In this document: piece after piece, positions 41,373 through 44,448 of the stretch
How positions within the stretch are numbered: the stretch's first letter is position 1
Layout: each line of letters starts with the position of its first letter
IMG/VR virus record: IMGVR_UViG_3300048592_000946
Coordinates: 1 to 44,448 of that record
Source: a virus
Taxonomy: Duplodnaviria; Caudoviricetes
Direction: 5' to 3' (one strand)
DNA: 44,448 nucleotides
Position numbers and translations under genes: made by a program
The notes under the pieces: model-generated
Told to the model about the DNA's origin: nothing
The model's database searches: none
Seen by the model: the letters and a program-made list of their open reading frames with translations, nothing else

Positions 41373-42548
41373 TTATTTCCTTTCTTCGTCAATATCCGAC
41401 AGCCCGGCAACCCCGCCACCCCCAGACATTGCCGCATAATCATGCGGATCTCCATCCAAAATCGGATTTTTCTCCAAAATATCGTCTCCCGATGGAATAA
41501 TCTGCCCCCCGGCCTTAAAAAACCCGGCATCCCGCGCAACATCCAGCAACCCCGACGTTTTCCACGTCTTCATGATCTCCGTATGCGTCTTTAACAACTG
41601 GTCAAACACCGGGTTAATCCGCCGCGTTCCCTTGGCATCCACATAAGACACCGACCGCAACGTCGCCTTCTCCATCTTCAACTGAATCAAGTCATGATAC
41701 AGCGGCACCAGGTGCATCCCGATGATCTGTACCACGAATTCATCCGGCACTTTTTTTAACAACTCTAAAAAAGGCTTCAAATTATGAAACAAATATTTCT
41801 GCTCCACGCGACAGGCGCCCAGTTTTTCCCCATTCTCCTTTTTTTTAATCATGCTGTTTATTTTTTCAGTATCCTGAAAATACGGACATTCCTTAAACAG
41901 CTTGCACTCATCCCCGACACACGACCGCACTTTATCCCACAGCGTCACCGCAATCCGGCCGTCCAACAACCCTTTGCGGATCTGGAGATCATACATTTTC
42001 CCCGGCACCATCTTGGCCTCGACATCACCGCCGCCGACACCGGCCCCATTCCCGACACCATTACCATCCAAACCCGCCAAACCAGAAGCCCCCACGCCAG
42101 CAAACCCAACCGCCGCAGCCTCCGCCTCCACCCCGGCATCCAACTTTCGCTTTTTCGGCCTCCCCCGCTTCCGTTGCGCCGGCTGATCCAAAGACAAATC
42201 CTGCCACAGTCGCCGCGTCGCCGCCGACACCACTTCCTTTTTTTCTTTCTTGGCCTTCTCCTTGGCCGTCAACTTCTTCTCTTTTTTCTTTTTCTTCTTC
42301 TTCCCGACCAACCCTCTTATGATCAACGGCTTAGCCGACGGCCCTTCATCCGGCAATCCATCATCATCCAGATCATCCAGATCATTCATGCCACCCAGGG
42401 AATTATCATCATTTAAAGATTCATCCAACGGATCATTTAAAACCTCGCCAGTATCCCCGCCGCCATTCCCGCCGACAAAAAACTCCATGGATTCAAACCC
42501 GGCCCCGATATCGTCAAAAGAAGATCCGCCGCCGCCAGTCGCCATCAC
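41373..42548 (-). CDS. Putative terminase small subunit with long disordered N-terminus
   Basis: Immediately upstream of terL. The C-half is helical with GTRRINP and a Cys cluster. The N-half has acidic, poly-Lys and RGRP tracts. Confidence 0.5.
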   Translation of the reverse strand: MMATGGGGSSFDDIGAGFESMEFFVGGNGGGDTGEVLNDPLDESLNDDNSLGGMNDLDDLDDDGLPDEGPSAKPLIIRGLVGKKKKKKKEKKLTAKEKAKKEKKEVVSAATRRLWQDLSLDQPAQRKRGRPKKRKLDAGVEAEAAAVGFAGVGASGLAGLDGNGVGNGAGVGGGDVEAKMVPGKMYDLQIRKGLLDGRIAVTLWDKVRSCVGDECKLFKECPYFQDTEKINSMIKKKENGEKLGACRVEQKYLFHNLKPFLELLKKVPDEFVVQIIGMHLVPLYHDLIQLKMEKATLRSVSYVDAKGTRRINPVFDQLLKTHTEIMKTWKTSGLLDVARDAGFFKAGGQIIPSGDDILEKNPILDGDPHDYAAMSGGGGVAGLSDIDEERK

Positions 42549-42808
42549 TCGCCGCCTCTTTCTTTCTTATCAACATACAAACTCACCTGATCAAACTCTC
42601 CATTAAAATACCCCACCAAAACTTCAAGATCAAAATCCTCCTTAAACTCCCGAAACAAAAACTCAATCACATCCCGCATCCGATCTTTGTTCCGCAAAAC
42701 AAACTTCGGCAGCAAACTCGCGATCTCATTCATCTGCGCGATATTCACCTGCTCCTTCTTCCCCTCCATTTCACACAATTGCATCGCAACTTCTTGTGTC
42801 CGCATCAT
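42545..42808 (-). CDS. Small hypothetical protein (87 aa, start revised to MMRTQE)
   Basis: GGAGGA SD. EGKKEQVNIAQMNEI helix motif. Its stop is coupled to the next ATG. Confidence 0.6.
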   Translation of the reverse strand: MMRTQEVAMQLCEMEGKKEQVNIAQMNEIASLLPKFVLRNKDRMRDVIEFLFREFKEDFDLEVLVGYFNGEFDQVSLYVDKKERGGE

Positions 42809-42848
42809 AGTAAAATCCTCCCGTCTTTTTGTCCCATTCATCCAGGAA

Positions 42849-43007
42849 TCAAAACCGCCCCCGCAAAACCATCCACGCAATCTTCGCCCGATCCCAAAAA
42901 GGCAAACCAAAAATCCGCTGAAACATCGCATCAGCCTGCCGCCGCATCCCTTTAATAAGAATGACATCCGCCTTCCTCTTTATCGACTTCACCCGGCTAC
43001 CGTTCAT
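42849..43007 (-). CDS. Small basic hypothetical protein (52 aa)
   Basis: 3' part of the listed 42849..43103 ORF: MNGSRVKSIKR...LPFWDRAKIAWMVLRGRF. Confidence 0.45.
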   Translation of the reverse strand: MNGSRVKSIKRKADVILIKGMRRQADAMFQRIFGLPFWDRAKIAWMVLRGRF

Positions 43008-43018
43008 CCCCACCCCCA

Positions 43019-43159
43019 TCACTCTCCGGCCAGTCCGCCCAACTCCCCATCCATCCACTTCCAAAAAACCAAACACTTCATCTTCACCCGACACGCCATA
43101 CAAACCAGAAAATGCACCCTCGGATTTCCCTTCCGTCGATCACAACACAAGAAGTCCAT
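43019..43159 (-). CDS. Small Cys-rich protein (46 aa, not in ORF track)
   Basis: GGAGG SD. Reads MDFLCCDRRKGNPRVHFLVCMACRVKMKCLVFWKWMDGELGGLAGE*. Confidence 0.5.
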   Translation of the reverse strand: MDFLCCDRRKGNPRVHFLVCMACRVKMKCLVFWKWMDGELGGLAGE

Positions 43160-43433
43160 AAGCCGCCAATCCTCCAGTCACCATTGGTTAAAATCAGCGG
43201 CCCCTCCCTAATCCCTCACGGTACAAAAGAAGGACCGCCTCATCGCCTGATTCAGAACCGGCCAACTGCCCCATTACATTAAACCGGCCTTACTTTTCCC
43301 GTCCAGGCACCCGGGAGGATCTCCGCCAGGAGAAAAAAGAATCGACAGTAAAAAAACCTGACGGAAATGGGGGGGTGAACTTTGATCGATTAGCATCAGC
43401 CAACCCGCGCCAGTTAAACACCTGAAAACCTGA

Positions 43434-43467
43434 AAGTCATTTTTAACTTCTAAAAACCAAAAGTCAA
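43434..43467 (-). promoter_or_regulatory. Operator copy 3 overlapping a possible late-operon promoter
   Basis: AAGTCA-TTTT-TAACTT at 43434-43449. Minus-strand TTGACT at 43467-43462 with a weak -10 inside the palindrome. Confidence 0.5.
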
Positions 43468-43699
43468 GCTAAAATTGAATACAGGGAAATTATTTTTAGC
43501 TTTAGCCAACTAACCCATCCACCCGGCCCGCCGTTCATCTACCCCGTCCATCCATCATCCGTCCACCCCAATTAGCCGCTCCAAACCTCTCCACCAGTGG
43601 ATGGGGAAAACTAAGCCGCCGGCAAACACCGTAAGCCGTGCCGTAAATTGAAACTGTAAACCGAGAGTCCTATTTCGTACCCCAACCCGTTAAAATTTA

Positions 43700-44448
43700 C
43701 GTCAAAAAAAACCTATATATACTATATATATTAAAACCTTACCTATGATCTGCTAGAGTATATATCCAGATGTAAAAACAAAAAGGAAGTTAGAAATTAG
43801 AGAGATAAAAAATAAAGAGAAGAGAGAAATGAAAATACTAAAACCGTAAGATCAAGAGAGAGAAAACAGATGTGTATGAGGAATTTCCGTGAGAAAAATT
43901 ATACCCACTACCCGCTCTGTAAAAAAGGCCGCCCGGTCGTCAAGAAAATAACAAGGGGGGATATTGTCAATAAAATCAATAACTTATAACTCTTTTTATT
44001 TTTCCTTTTTATAAGTTATAAAACGGATTAGGTCTTTAATGTCAATAAATTCAATGGTTGACAAGTTTTAAAGATTGTAAGTTATTGATATGTTTGATAT
44101 TACATGCCGGTATCACACTCTTTTTTTTCTAATGATACACTATTGTCTCATCCTTTCAATTTACTGTATCATTGCCGATACAAAACTGTCTCGCATTAAT
44201 TTTTCATGAGACACCTTTCGTTATATGTTACTGTAATAATTATCAATTCATTTTTCTTTTATTATCAATTAGTTATTGCTTACTGATAGTCTATCTTCTT
44301 AATATTGCTTATTTTTCTTATTGTTTATCTTATAGACTCTTGTTATTGCTTACTTTTACAGTCTCTTAATAGTCTATCTTATTGTTATTGCTTGCTTTTC
44401 TTGTTTCATTTTCTTTTTGTTTTTACATTCTCTTTTTCTTGTTTCGTT
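43700..44448. other. AT-rich non-coding region with iterated direct and inverted motifs (packaging site, genome end or origin candidate)
   Basis: No credible ORF and a sharp drop in GC. A 22-bp motif occurs x3 at 43965-44099, and GTTATTGCTT x3 plus ATAGTCTATCTT x2 at 44272-44393. Confidence 0.55.

Noticed and set aside
12643-42606. Numerous long plus-strand ORFs (e.g. 19083..20141, 12714..13400, 41784..42416)
   Set aside because: They are antisense shadows of tightly packed minus-strand genes in GC-rich DNA, with no recognisable motifs.
44172-44369. 65-aa hydrophobic plus-strand ORF
   Set aside because: Its hydrophobicity follows from T-rich low-complexity repeats, and it has no SD.

Overview
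The window is a 44.4 kb piece of a tailed dsDNA phage or prophage, most likely a siphovirus: it has a 1455-aa tape measure, a tail tube and a G/GT chaperone frameshift, and I see no sheath gene. Positions 2204-43159 form one long minus-strand late operon. In transcription order it holds small ORFs, a putative TerS, TerL, a GT4 glycosyltransferase plus a SAM methyltransferase, portal, protease/scaffold, head decoration protein, lambda-E-type major capsid, neck genes, a Com-like Zn ribbon, tail tube, chaperones, tape measure, tail-tip genes, fibre-like genes and a lysis region. Positions 1-2175 are a convergent plus-strand run of small accessory genes bounded by short direct repeats. Positions ~43200-44448 are AT-rich, apparently non-coding and contain iterated motifs. 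The most striking observation is three consecutive, translationally coupled, large fibre/adhesin-like genes (5807-12612) inside the tail operon. Each begins with a classical-looking Sec signal peptide once start codons are corrected, which is unexpected for cytoplasmically assembled virion parts. Other notable items are a possible virion-glycosylation module between terL and portal, inserted domains in capsid, decoration and tail-tube proteins, a 16-bp palindromic operator found three times, and a candidate structured RNA in the lysis region. All calls come from motif reading and gene order; no database searches were run and the host cannot be determined.
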